Shown here piece by piece: positions 1-12,501 of a stretch of DNA of 64,000 nt; positions within the stretch are counted from its first letter, which is position 1, and each line of letters starts with the position of its first letter. This DNA comes from Trichosphaerium sp. ATCC 40318. Its lineage: Eukaryota > Protista > Tubulinea. The position numbers were made by a program, and so were the translations under genes. The stretch is taken from assembly GCA_038496445.1 (NCBI GenBank), contig JALMLS010000232.1:1-64000 (forward strand), in the 5' to 3' direction. The notes under the pieces are model-generated. The model was not told where the DNA came from, did no database searches, and was given only the letters and a program-made list of their open reading frames with translations.

Positions 1-303
1 TACAAAACAGGTCAATTTGATTAAGATTAGGAAAGGAAGACTACAAAATTAAAGGAACGAACCAAGGATATGTGGACTGGAACAAGGAACAAAAAGCAGA
101 TATAACCACAGCAACTTACATCGAATATTTAATGTCAGGAAAGATTAATCAGTGTCATAAAGAACTCAGATAAGTTTAAAAAGTCTTTATTCTATACAAG
201 AGTAAGAGAACTTCGACTGAATGATGATGGAGTATTATATAGACGTACAGTACAACCGGATGGACAAGAAAGTTACCAAGTATATGTCCCTAATAATATA
301 AAT

Positions 304-1914
304 GTGAAAAGAGAAATATTCAGGCAAGGACATGATGCACCTTTAGCAGGACACTCAGGATTCGAAAAAACGTACCACAGGATAAAACAAAGATTTTACT
401 GGCCAGGAATGTTTACAGAAACGAAGGAATGGTGTGAGTCATGCCCATCATGCCAAAGAACTAAAACACCGAGATTAAGAAAAGCAGGATTAATGGGAGA
501 AAATTTTAATGTTGGAATACCTTTTGGACTAGTCACTATGGATATCGTTGGACCACTCAACAGGACACCTAGAGGAAACACTTACCTGTTAGTGATAAAT
601 GACAACTTCACTAAATGAGTAGAAGCTTTTGCTATGCCAGATCAGGAGGCTTTGACCATTGCCAAACTATTTGTGGACCAATGGTGTTTCAGATACGGAA
701 TTCCTAAGAAAGTGTTAACAGATCAGGGAGCTAACTTTACTGGAGAAATTATGAAGCAAGTCTATGATCTACTACACATAGACAAGCGACAAACATCAGC
801 ATACCATGCTCAAACCGATGGACAGACAGAGAGATTCAATCATACCTTAATAGAAATGATAAGACATTTTGTAAATGAAGATCAGGATAACTGGGATGTA
901 TGGATCAACCCTTCTCTTTTCGCGTACCGTACAGCTGTTCATTCTACTACCAAGTATGAACCCTACAGGCTATTATTCGGAACAAGACCTAGGTTACCAT
1001 TAGATGAACTGGTAGGACAAGAAAACATTTTAGAAAATAAATATAATATGACGGACTGGGCTGAAACAATTGCACATAGACTAAGAGCTGTACATGAATT
1101 AGCTAAGAAGAATATAATGGCACAGAAAAGGAAACAAGCTAAATATTATAATGAAAAAAGAAGAGAGATAGATTACGAACTGGGACAAAAAGTTTGGTTA
1201 TACGTACCTTATGTCAGAGAAGGAGAAAAGAAGAAATTGACTCAGAAATGGAAAGGACCTTACGAGATATTACAAAGGATTGGAAGTGTTAACTACCGGC
1301 TGGACATACCTAAAGGAAGCAAATTAAACCCTGTAGTTCATGTGGAGAGGATGAAACCTTTCATTGATTCATACCTAAGGCCTACTGAAGATATTGATGT
1401 GGACCTAAGAAATATTTATACAGAGACGGCAGAAAGAGGACTTTCAGAATTAGAATCAAGTGAAGATGGAAGTGGAGAATATATACCTGGACCTGTGATG
1501 GATGGAACCAAGTCTATGCGAGATGCTAGAACAATAGCTAATAAGATAAGGGAAGAAAGTAACAAACCACAAAGAATGGAAATCGATGGAGAAGAAGAAA
1601 ATAATACAAACCTGCGAAGAAGTAAAAGAGGAAATAAAACCACGAGAACGTCAAGGCTAAAAGAACTGATCCAAAGTACCTACAAGGTAATGGAGAAGTT
1701 AGGATTGGACAAATCAAAGGAGGCGCTAAAAGATTTATTGGGAATAGGATCAAGATTTATTAGATCAGGCACCAGGAGTAAGGATTTAGAAAATGAGATT
1801 TCGTACCAGGCAGGATGCGGTCTTCTACAGTTGAAAGAATGGGTTGGAGAAATGCTGGATAACTTCGATAATGAATTTAAAGAAGAACAACTACTGGCTA
1901 TAAGCGACTGGTAA
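304..1914 (+). pseudogene. Gypsy integrase interrupted by an in-frame TGA at 616-618
   Basis: ORFs 304-618 and 634-1914 are in the same frame. The join reads DNFTK*VEAFAM where these integrases have FTKWVEA. Further stops lie upstream near 170-180. Confidence 0.85.
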
Positions 1915-2115
1915 CAAACGCGTTTAAAGAAAAGCGAAGATTTGTAATTTAATTACGTACCGACGCTAAAACAGGATCGAGGATGGTTATTAAGGCTAAA
2001 CGATGTGATAAAAATTATTAACGGTTTTGATTACAAAAATACGGACTATAAACGTACCTGGATCAAAGGAGATGACTTATAAGACGAGGGCGTCTTATCT
2101 GGGGTCCCGGAGATA

Positions 2116-2332
2116 TGTAACAGCGGTCAAACTAATTAAATAATAAATCACGTGGACTTACAATTAGACGACTTGTTATCTTTATCCCAAACCGACCCTT
2201 TAACAGTCAGAGTAATAGATGACGGAAAAACAAGACGCACCTATAACATATTTGGACACTTTGGTAGATAAGAATAGCAATAAATTTGTTATTGTAAAAC
2301 TGCGTATATTATTGTCGCCTACTGACGTTACA
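2116..2332 (+). repeat. 3' LTR, about 217 bp
   Basis: Starts TGTAAC (2116) and ends GTTACA (2332), a perfect 6-bp inverted terminus. Contains AATAAA near 2279 and follows the PPT-like tract. The 5' LTR is outside the window. Confidence 0.8.
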
Positions 2333-2422
2333 CGGAGGCCAAGGCCTTTGGCTTTGGGGCTCTTTTTAGCACAAAAAAAGTCAAGAAAAGTATCAAATTG
2401 AAAACGAAACGTTTTATTTGGC

Positions 2423-3194
2423 ATGAGTGATGGTAATGATATAATATGCGTTGTAGTAGGGAACTGGACAATCGGACAATCGTCTCTTATACATACATTC
2501 GCAAAAGGGACATTTCCAGAGGACTACGTACCTTCATTTTACGGTAAACGTTAAAACAACATTTAAAACAGTGTTTATGACAAGTGGGAAATTTTATTAT
2601 CAGCTTTCGGCTAACACGTTTTTTTTGGTTCACAGAGCCCTTCACATTAGAAAAACCTTCACCAGAAAATCCAGAAATGACAATAAACTTTACAATCAAA
2701 GACACAGTACGAAAAAGCTGTTCAACTGATTTTTTTTTCTGACAATTTCAAAAACAAGGGTGGAAGGGAACTTTACGATCAATTTAGACCTGAAGCTTAC
2801 AAGGACGGTGACGTGTTCGTGTTATGTTTTTCAATAGGAGATTCCAATACACTTGAAAACGTTGTATCTAAGGTACGCAGTACAACAGAGAAGAGTACTG
2901 CTGACAATTTGTTTTCAGTGGGCGCCTGGAGTGAAGAAATATGCTCCTGGAAAACCATTTCTTCTTGTTGGAACAAAGTCTGATATCCGAAGCGATACTG
3001 AGGCGCTTGCAATACTTGAAAAACAGGGAGAGGTGCCTGTGACGTATAGTGAAGGTAAAGAAGTAAGTAAGGCTATTGGTGCTATTGGATACATGGAGTG
3101 CTCCGCAAAAACTTTCAAAGGAGTCAACGAAGTTTTTGACAAAGCTAGATTAGCAGCTCGTTCGTTTGGCCAAAAGTCGTGTACTTTACTTTGA
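2423..3194 (+). CDS. Atypical Rho-family small GTPase (4 exons, CAAX CTLL)
   Basis: Spliced reading: ICVVVGNWTIGQSSLIHTFAKGTFPEDYVPSFY / TIKDT-GGRELYDQFRPEAY..FVLCFS / LLVGTKSD..YMECSAKT..SCTLL. Introns are GT-AG. Confidence 0.9.
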
Positions 3195-3467
3195 TAAAAA
3201 ATAACAAGACTACTTGCCAAGAAACAGCGCTGCGTTAAAATGTTGAGTATTTTGAAGGTTGTTCCTGTTTACCCGCTCGTCTCGCAACACGTGATGACAA
3301 ATGGTGCTAAATCTTCGTTTGTCACAAGCGTCAAGAGGCTTGGCAACGAAGCAGCAATTTCGGTTTCCGGCTGTGAAATAATCAACGTGTATCACGTTGA
3401 GCCTATTGGTCAGTTTTATTCAACAAAAACGAACCTGACGCGACTACAGTACTACCAATAGCCGTCA

Positions 3468-4928
3468 ATGGAAGAACCAAAGCCCGTAGCACCGTTTTTT
3501 GAAGGCGTTCCAATAGAAATTATTGTTGTAGTGTTTACGTACTGTAAAGACTATTTACATACTGCGTCTCGCTGTTGTAGGCTATTCTCGCAAATAATAG
3601 ACACTCACATGCGTCACTTGCTAAAACATAACAAAATAGTCGTCAAATCGCGTAAACGACTTAAAAAACTATATAAAACCGCACCCCACCTTATAAAACG
3701 GGTTCACATGGAAATCAAGTACGAACTAAGCCCTACAGATGACTTAAACAGTATTCTTTCTGGGGCACTTTCTCTCAGCTTTAAACACTTTCAAGTTACT
3801 TCAAGCGTTGGCTTCTTGGAAGGTGTTAAAAGTCTTGACTTTGAAAAAACTGATATTACTGATGACCATCTTAAACAGCTCAGTAAAGGAAAAGGAGGAG
3901 TGTATAAGATTGGTTTAGGCGGATGTAGAAGTATTTCAGATGTCGGCGTAAGCGAACTGTCAGGCGTTCATACAATATGTCTTAGTAGAACAAATGTAAC
4001 AGATGAGGGTATAAAGGCATTAGCAGGTGTTCACTCAATTGACTTGGATTATACTCGAGTTACAGATGAAGGTGTTATGGCGCTAGAAGGTGTTCATAAA
4101 ATATGTCTTTTTAGTACGGAGACAGGAGATGAATGTGCCAAAGCATTGGCAGGAGTTCATACAATATGGTGTTCGAAGAATTTCACTGATAAAGGAATAA
4201 AAGAACTAGCTGGTGTTCATACTATTGTACCAATGAGTAAATCTGTAACAGATGAAGGAATCAAACATCTTGCTGGTGTTCATGCTATTGATCTAAGATA
4301 TACAAGTGTTACTAGTGAAGGTATAAAATCATTAGCAGGAGTTCGTACCATTCGATTGTCTAAACATAATATTACTGATGGAATTGTTACGGGTTACATC
4401 CATGCTATTGATCTATCTAATACAGTAGTATCAGATTTTTATATCAAGCAGCTAAAAGGTGTTCACACGATTTTCTTAACAAGTTGCTTACAGATCACTG
4501 ATGAGGGTATAAAGACGCTTGCAGGTGTTCATACAATTGATCTTTCAGATACACTGGTAACTGATGAAGGTATTAAGGCATTGGCGGGCGTTTGTATGAT
4601 TAATATATCCAACACTGAAGTTACTGATGAAGGTGTTAAGGCACTTAAAGGTTTTGTTAAGGCTATTTGTTTACATGGTACACATATAACAGAACGAGGT
4701 ATTAGATCATTAGGAAGTTCTGTTAATGTATTTAATGCGCCTGATATAAAAGAAAAGATGAGGAGACTTGTTAGAATAGGACAATTGACAGCAACACGAA
4801 GACAACCATCTGCTAAATTTTGGATAAGACATACATCTTTTATACTAAAGTATAAGCGTATTTTACAGCTAGCATTTCCAATGGATTTGAAATGTAGTAT
4901 GCGGATTACACATACTGATGAACAGTGA
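3468..4928 (+). CDS. Intronless F-box-like + LRR protein (about 22-aa LAGVHTIxLSxTxVTDEGIKA repeats)
   Basis: N-terminal FFEGVPIEIIVVVF..SRCCRLF F-box-like segment followed by a long tandem LRR array. Confidence 0.85.
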   Translation: MEEPKPVAPFFEGVPIEIIVVVFTYCKDYLHTASRCCRLFSQIIDTHMRHLLKHNKIVVKSRKRLKKLYKTAPHLIKRVHMEIKYELSPTDDLNSILSGALSLSFKHFQVTSSVGFLEGVKSLDFEKTDITDDHLKQLSKGKGGVYKIGLGGCRSISDVGVSELSGVHTICLSRTNVTDEGIKALAGVHSIDLDYTRVTDEGVMALEGVHKICLFSTETGDECAKALAGVHTIWCSKNFTDKGIKELAGVHTIVPMSKSVTDEGIKHLAGVHAIDLRYTSVTSEGIKSLAGVRTIRLSKHNITDGIVTGYIHAIDLSNTVVSDFYIKQLKGVHTIFLTSCLQITDEGIKTLAGVHTIDLSDTLVTDEGIKALAGVCMINISNTEVTDEGVKALKGFVKAICLHGTHITERGIRSLGSSVNVFNAPDIKEKMRRLVRIGQLTATRRQPSAKFWIRHTSFILKYKRILQLAFPMDLKCSMRITHTDEQ

Positions 4929-5411
4929 GAATTATCTACTTATCTGTTTTGGATTATGTTGGACTCTGAACCTACTTGCAAGTATTGTAATAAAGAATAA
5001 AACAGTAACAACTTGAGCAAAGTTATTGTAATCGTATTATATCCTCAGTAGCAAAGCATGACCCCTTGTACTTAGCAAATATTTACAGTCTACTTCACAT
5101 GTATACGGTTGTGTTTGTAGAGGACACACGTTATTGATATTTATTACAATCAACAATTTAAACCAAGCTCGTTTTTAATGTAACTCTTATGGGTTTTGCA
5201 AAAATAAACACTATTCACTCTAACTCCAAAAGTGATTCTTGAAAACAACCTCTACTAGTATAAGCACTAAGCAGGACTACAACATACTGTTTGTATCTGA
5301 CTATCGATTCTCAGGATCATGGCACCAAACGTTTGAATCTGCGTTTGTTTATGATAGTTCTGCATCTGGTTCTTTTTTATTTCTTTGTCCATACATCACT
5401 TTATCTCATAG

Positions 5412-6644
5412 TCAAAAGTACAAATCTATCTTGCTAATGCAGCTTGTATTATGAGCAAAATACAAAGCATGTTCATGATATATTGCAGCACTAGTACCAC
5501 TAACTCCGTTTAGTGGAATCTTGATCAAATCCTTTGTATCGACAAACAAGCAATACAATCTATGCCCGCCTCCAAAAAATAAGCGCCCTATAAAAAAGAT
5601 GAGCCTAATATCTTTGCAATCTATTTATATTCTGTAACGCGAAGACTACATACCTTTTGAATAAGAAAAGTAACTGTTTGCATGCATCGGAAGCTCATAG
5701 AAAAAATTTGTTACAAAGTTTTTATCAGTTTTATAAATATTTTTGTTTCGAGTGAAGTAAATGTTCTCATTATCATCAACAGCAACCCCACAAGTCACTA
5801 ATCCTTTAACATTGTTTTCCCAATTTAAGGACGGAGCATCACTAATCTGAGGGTGTTTAATACACTCCACATTGGAACCTTTATTTGAAGTGAATAAAAC
5901 ATGTTTAGGAGCGATTGCAACTCTTCTCATCCATTTACCATGACACACATGGAGTATTTTGAGCTCTCCAGACTGACCATCCAAGTACACTATTCTCTAA
6001 ACCTATGAGTTAAAAGGAAATTGTTTCAGTTATATGAATTGATTCTTTTTAATCACGTGATTTAACTGACTTACACCGTTTGCAGAATCGGCAATAAAAA
6101 TATTATTCCATTTGTCAACTGCAATCCCGTGAGGGTATCGTAGTTTACCTTCAGTGGCTTTGAATGTACTCACTTGATTTGTCTTCATACATAGCTTGCG
6201 TATCAAATTGTTTGTGTTGTCTGTGATAATGAGCTAACAGTGTTAGTTGTTTGCGTGACATTAATGTCTTTAAAGGAATTATCAATGCTCTATTACATCA
6301 CCGTTATTATCAAACACCAGGCCTCGCACATCGTAAAACCTTGCAGTTGTAACAGCATCTCCTACGACCCAAAAAAGTCAGTGGATAGTAAATACTATTA
6401 GGCACCATCTCTGTGTCCGCTCTTGCTTCCTCCTGCTACTCTCGTTACGTAGTGGTAGCTATTAAGGAACTGTATAGTGTCAGAAAAAGCCTTGAAACGC
6501 GTGGAGAAAGTTTACTTTGTACAATGGGCATAATTTAGCTATAGACGCCAGCATAGAGCAGGTCTGTATTGTATTTGCTAAATACGATGGATTATTTACA
6601 TATTCAAGGATGTAAAGCAGTATTTCAGGCGGCAACTCTTCCAT
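5412..6644 (-). CDS. F-box + NHL-like beta-propeller protein (multi-exon)
   Basis: Starts MEELPPEILLYILEY (F-box). Later exons contain LRYPHGIAVDKWNNIFIADSANG and GVAVDDNENIYF (NHL-like). Stop TGA at 5412-5414. Confidence 0.75.
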
Positions 6645-6744
6645 TTACACAGTTAAGCTCTATTGTAGCAATCTGGGCTTTGTTGTCTGTATTTACGAGC
6701 CGTCAAACAAGTTCTACCTAATTTTTGAACTTTGATTTAACTGA

Positions 6745-7789
6745 ATGGCAGAATCAGATAATATTAACGTGGGCGGTTCGTTTACGCCTACAGATAAACT
6801 ACAACCACTAGATAATAATAAAACAAATATCGTGTTATTTACAATTGGTAGCTTCTGTCCAGCGCATAGAAACCACGCAAGCATAGTTTCAGTACGGTTT
6901 TAAACTAATATAGCTTAGATTGCAATGATAGAAACTGCAAAAGCGTATATAGAGAAAGATAAGAATAAAAAAGTAGTTGGGGCGTATTTAGCGGTCAGGT
7001 AAAGAAATCTCGGTGATTGTTTAAGTGAAACTCGCACCTGGCTCATGAGTCAATAGTGTCAACGCTCTAAATACCGACCTAGTTACTTTGGAAACCTACA
7101 AAACAAACTTGGCATTAACGCTGTGCAAACACCTCACCGCCTTGCCTTGATAAGAATGCTGACAAAAGATAAACCATATATCATGGTACAGTTGGGCGTA
7201 TGTTAACATTCTTTGGCTTATTCTGGAAGGTTGATCAAAGTCGTTGTTGGGAGCAAGGTCCAGCTGCTGCAGCTAGAGCATGCGTTGAAGAAGCCGTTAG
7301 AGAATACTATACAAAGAAAGGTTCAAGCGGACGCTTACAATTCTTTAGCGTCCTAGGCGCTGATGGTGTATTGAAGATTAGGTCTAAGAGGACATTTTCG
7401 TAAGTGTTCAGCTGAGCAATCTCTTTTCTCAGTATTATGCTGTGTTTACATGGTTTATTAGGGCAGGTGTTATTGTAGTTGTTAACCGAGATCCAGGATT
7501 TGATGTAGAGGAAGCAATGCAAACTAAACATCCAATATGTACTTTTTACAAAGACACAGTATTCTTAACATTTGCTGAAGGTTAGCTACTCATACGTCAT
7601 TATAAAACATTCTAACAGGTCTTGAAAAAAGGATGGAAGGATAATAAATCAAGCTCTACTTTAATAAGGACGCGTATGTCTAAGGGACAAAGTATAACAG
7701 AGTTTTATCCAAAAGAAGTTTTAACATATTTGGAAAAACATAACATAACATTTGTACCGCAGCATAAACAGAAACCAAGGAAGCAATAA
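6745..7789 (+). CDS. NMN/NaMN adenylyltransferase-like nucleotidyltransferase
   Basis: GSFCPAHRNH (HxGH-type motif), VLGADG, and C-terminal SSSTLIR..GQSI..VLTYLEKH matching NMNAT/NadD motifs. Multi-exon. Confidence 0.75.
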
Positions 7790-8057
7790 AATAGATTTTT
7801 GTGACAACAAAAAAAACGTGTACCTTTTCAAATGTAATTTGGAAATTCACGTGACTATCACGTGAGAGAAGACAACTGTACAAAAAAAATATATTACAAT
7901 ATTAAAAAGTGTTGTAACATCTTATGGTTTTGAAGAGGAAGCACGTGGTTTTCAAAGGGTTAGATTATTAGAAGTTTGTTCTATATTTTACAAGTAAAAA
8001 CTGCAATGTAGTTTTGGAGAGGAGCTAAGAAGTGTAATGTGGGCAAGGGAGCTTGCA

Positions 8058-9783
8058 TTAGCTTCCCTCATGGATGATCTTTGTTGCTTTTCTCCTTCCT
8101 CTACGTAAACCTTCATCAACATTACCAGCTCTGACTTTTGTATTCTCAAGCATTCCATTCTGTCTTCTTGTTTCTTTATTAAGACTTGCTGCCTTTTCAC
8201 CTATTCCATCAAGCATTGCTTCCAAGGTATTCAAGTCCTAATTTCATAAATATGATTGAATTCAAAAAAAAAAAACTAAAGCATTGCATACCTTGTTGAC
8301 TTGACGATCCCATTTATTTACTTCTTCATACTTCGTAGGTCCGTCTGTGTAGTCAGTATCTTCATCATCACTTAACCATTCAGAAGATCCTTTAATACCC
8401 TTTACTGCAGCCTTTTCCTTTTTACTCTTCTTTGACTTCTTTCCTTTCTTGGCTCTTCAGAAAAAAAACATTAGAAAACATCAATACGGTGCACTACTAG
8501 GCGCTTACTTTTTTCCTTTAAGTTCAGGATTTTCCGCCATGTTTTCCCGGAAGTCTTTAGCTTTTTTATGACGTTTATCTTTCTTATTCTGAGCAAGGTA
8601 TTAAAGGGTAAAAGTGTAACTTCCAAAAACAAAATAAAATGCTTACTTTGACGTATTTATGTTTTACAGAGGTAAAGAAGTGACCTAGATTATCAATTTT
8701 ACGATTCGCTTCATGTACATCATCCTCAATATCAGCCATATCAGCATGAACTTTATCAATACGCTCTAGAAACCTTTAGCCATTTTTTCTTGAAAACCGA
8801 AAAAAAAAATTCATTTAATAAAATACTTACTTCCTTGGGCTTTGAGAGAATCTGTAGTTTCATCAGCTACCATGTTTATTTGTGCTGCGATACGCTAGGT
8901 ATGTTAATAACTCATTCACACAAAGGGGAAAGTGCAAAGCGATCATTTTTACAATCTTTTCAACAAAAACACGCTTATAAACACTTGGAACACGTACAAG
9001 AGTTCTTTTTGTAGCGTCGTGGTCTATTCTCTCATCCAGCATCTTTTTTCTGTATTGAGCGTCTTGGTCAAATCTGAAGTGTGATTTTTAACACAGGAGT
9101 TTACGTGTACAATAGTAGGTGGTTCGCGTGAAGAGTAATGGAGGAAATAAAAAGATTTTTCAAGTAAATTATTTGGATTTTTACCTTTCAAGGTCTACAT
9201 CATCGAAATCTTCTACTTGTTTGCGCATCTGACTCAATTGTTGACGAGTTGGATTTGAACCGAAAAGTTCATCCCGGTCATCTCTCGTTTGGTTATTTCT
9301 TCTTACTTTTGCACCAGCCTTTGGTTTACGGCTGTTGGAAGCGGAACCATGACCCTTCGCCTTTGTTTGTTTGGTTTTTGCTTGTTTGGGTTTTGTTTTT
9401 TTAGTTTTTGACCGTTTAACGTTTTGTTTGCTTCCCCTAGCTGCTGAACCGCCATATCGAGGCGCAGCAGGTGAAAAACTGTCGTCGCTATCTGAAGCAT
9501 CATCAAACGGATTATCACCCTCACTGTCGTCACCAAACGGATTATCACCCTCGCTGTCGTCACCAAACGGGTTTGAATTCGTAGACTTCTTTCTACTACC
9601 ATACGCAGGTGACCCCGAGCTACTATCGCTTCCAAAAGGATTATTGCCCTCACTAGATTCAGAGTCTGAACCGAAGGGATTGTCAGCGCTTGTAGTTGGT
9701 TTTGGTTTGCATCTATGGGCGTCTAATACCTCTATATCTATTCCTGTTTCTCCGCAGAGAGCACACTTTACAGTTAGGCTCAT
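8058..9783 (-). CDS. SNAP-25/SNAP-29-like Qbc-SNARE with N-terminal zinc-finger-like motif and 5 NPF motifs
   Basis: Qb motif ETTDSLKAQGKRIDKVHADMADIEDDVHEANRKIDNLG. Qc motif DLNTLEAMLDGIGEKAASLNKETRRQNGMLENTKVRAGNV. No TM segment. Exon 1 has C-x2-C...H-x-C and five NPF. Confidence 0.82.
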
Positions 9784-9904
9784 TAGCCTCGTGTGTTTTC
9801 TGAATTATGGCTTTTCAAAATTTTTAGCTACGTCGGTATTTTCACCCAAGAAAAAGTCTTGCTTAGTAGAAAATTACTATCTGTAGAGGCTAGCTTGGTT
9901 CACC

Positions 9905-12171
9905 ATGCAGAAGTACATCAACTACCCACTTAAAATTGGGTTCAATATCGCCCAGTGGTACTACAGTGCTAATGAAGCTCAAATTACAACCCACGACCTT
10001 AAATGGCCTGCAAAGGCACTTGATCACCCTATGCCAGGCCATGCTATAGGTATTGAGTTTTTATTCTCCTATCACTAAACTCTGGACAGCCGATCAAGAC
10101 GTACTTAAACACAGGGTTAATCCTATGCAAGAGAAATGGGAGCCGTACGTTTTGCTATCTGGCGTATTTTGCCGCTAAATTACCTGCACAATCGAACTAA
10201 GACCATCTAAACGCTTAAGGAGTTAAATTACACTCTCAAAACGCGTAACAAACAATTTCTGCTTAATTTATTTTCAAAGCCCGCAAAAGCGTACTCTTTT
10301 GCTTTTATTACATGGCACAGAAAAAAAAACTGCTTAAATACAGTATCTAATGACAATTTTCTATAGATACATGAGAGAGTATTATAAACGCTTTCCTGAG
10401 GATAAATTGTCGTATGGTTTCGTTAATAATGTAAAGATGGAACGCTACTGGGTTCATCCAATGTACAAGGTAAACCCTTTCAATATCCCTCCTTCTTGAG
10501 CGATTTGAAGCTAAACAAGGCACTGTCGTTCAGTTTATAGCAAATACAGCTGCGAAGCGTTTAATCGACTAAAAATTATTTATTCTCACTTTCTACGCTC
10601 TCTTTTGCGCTAAAACATGCCTAGTTTTGTGATCGCGTAGTAGAGATACAAAAAGAAACTGGTAAAGGCTTCAAGGGCGCTTTCAACCAAGCAGAAAAAG
10701 AACGTTACCAATACGATGAAAGAATGTATGTAGAGCGTGAACTAGCGAAAGTAGAGGTAACAGCAGCGCCTTGAAGCGTTTTATTTTTTTTTCTTTGTTT
10801 TTGACGTTTGTTACTCTTTACATGTAACCACATCCACTCTGGCCATTGTAGTTGTATTAGAGAGTGAGTGTACTGATCCTTGGATAGGCAGAGAAAGTTT
10901 TTGGTAACAGATCATTGTCAGAAGAAGCAAAAAAATTTCAAATGAATATGCCTTATTTGAATTCTTATGCACAGTGGTTTTATGTTCAAAAACAGACCAG
11001 GATGTACGTTTAATAACTCCCCTAGCGTCATTATTTTTACTTTATGATGATGTGTTCCTTTGAGCGCCAATCAAGGTTTTTGTGGTTTCTGTCAACATCA
11101 ACTTGTTTTCTTATTTTATTCGTAGGAAAAAGCTAGAACTTTTTTGCTCTTTGAATAGAACCGAAACAACACCTGCTCGCCTAACAATGGAAGATCTTGC
11201 TCCATTATCATATGCTGTACGTTTAATTTATTTCATAACTGAATCATACAGCGCTTACCTTTTGGTAAACATGTGATGTAAACGTAAAGTTTGGTCTTCG
11301 TTTGTTAATTTTTTTTGTTCTTAGGATGTTATGGATTACATTAGAACTCATCCTGAAGATCGCGAGTACTTCGATGCTAGTGTTTACTGGGGTGATACAA
11401 ACATTGTTCGTTATTAAAGATACTAGCGCGTAATTCTTATAATTTTGTTATAGTCTGCGTTGCATAAACGTATGGTTGGTAAAATGCCAGAAGATGAAGA
11501 TATGATGGATGCAAAAGATGGAAAACCTTTTGAACCCTTCAAATTTAATGAGTTGAGAGAGTACGTCTTTTATCTACTGTTATATCAATTTGTTGCTTAT
11601 ATTTCTTTGTAGTAATAAAAGTGTACCACTTGAGAAGCAAGAAGAAATGACACAAGAAATCACACAACAAGCAGAAGACATCAAGGTTTGTTTTTTTTCT
11701 GCAATAAATTATTATGCGAAGCTTTTGTTTTAATTGTTAGTTAATTTTCTCTCTTTAGAAACACTTTCAATCCTCGTTAGCAGATTGGACTGCGCACTAT
11801 AAAATCCCTCATCAAGAGAGAGATGCAATGTGGGGCGCAATGAAGGAGGATCCAGGCTTTGATCCAACTGCGCCATTAACAAGAAACCACGTATGTGATT
11901 CCTTGTGTTTTTTTGTTGACAAATTATTCTTTGTAGTATTTCTTTTATTTCGCTTTTTTTACTACCATTTTTAACTCATTTTTATTAGTCTACATCTGCG
12001 TTACTACAAGAACGTGGTGATTACAGAGGTCGTCTTGATAGGCAGGTTAAGAACATGGATGTCAACAAACTTCTTAAATTCAGAACGGATCCAACCCGTA
12101 AAACCTACATGGACAAACCTGAGCATTATAGACATGAAGGTTACCGTAATGGTGCTGATAAAGATCTATAA
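9905..12171 (+). CDS. Probable mitochondrial ribosomal protein mS23 (Rsm25/MRPS23)-like, multi-exon
   Basis: YMREYYKRFPED and FCDRVVEIQKETGKGFKGAFNQAEKERYQYDERMYVERELAKVEAEKVFG resemble the mS23 family pattern, by recalled similarity only. Confidence 0.5.
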
Positions 12172-12501
12172 GTAAATTCACTCCCTTGAGGGAGGGAGTT
12201 TTGCTTATTTCAAAGTTTGGACCTGATTGTAAACGACACGCACATGAAAAGAGAGGAAGTATTTATCCTTGTTCTTTTTTTTTTTTTCTGAAACATGTAC
12301 TGTATTTATCAAATTGTAAAATCTATTGTCAGTCCATTCAAAAAACAAATAGAAAAATATATACTGTGTCACTACATTGTCTTGATAATATTCATTAGAG
12401 AGAATAACAAAAACAAAATATAATTCAAAAACAAGTTGCTGTGTTTCACTGAACAAACCTAAGTTTGTCTACTTTTGGAACGTATTTTATTCTAGAGGTA
12501 C

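Larger units (their letters stand above)
1..2332 (+). mobile_element. 3' part of a Ty3/Gypsy LTR retrotransposon (integrase, 3' UTR, 3' LTR), truncated by the window edge
   Basis: Integrase HHCC zinc motif (GHD..GH..CPSC), rve core (MDIVGP; LTDQGANF; DGQTERFN) and GPY/F module (WKGPYEI). A G-rich PPT-like stretch lies just before the TG...CA LTR. Confidence 0.93.

Noticed and set aside
616-618. TGA at a conserved Trp position of the integrase, suggesting UGA=Trp recoding
   Set aside because: The other Trp codons checked are TGG, host genes terminate at TGA (e.g. 3194, 5412), and the element has other lesions. A simple nonsense mutation explains it.
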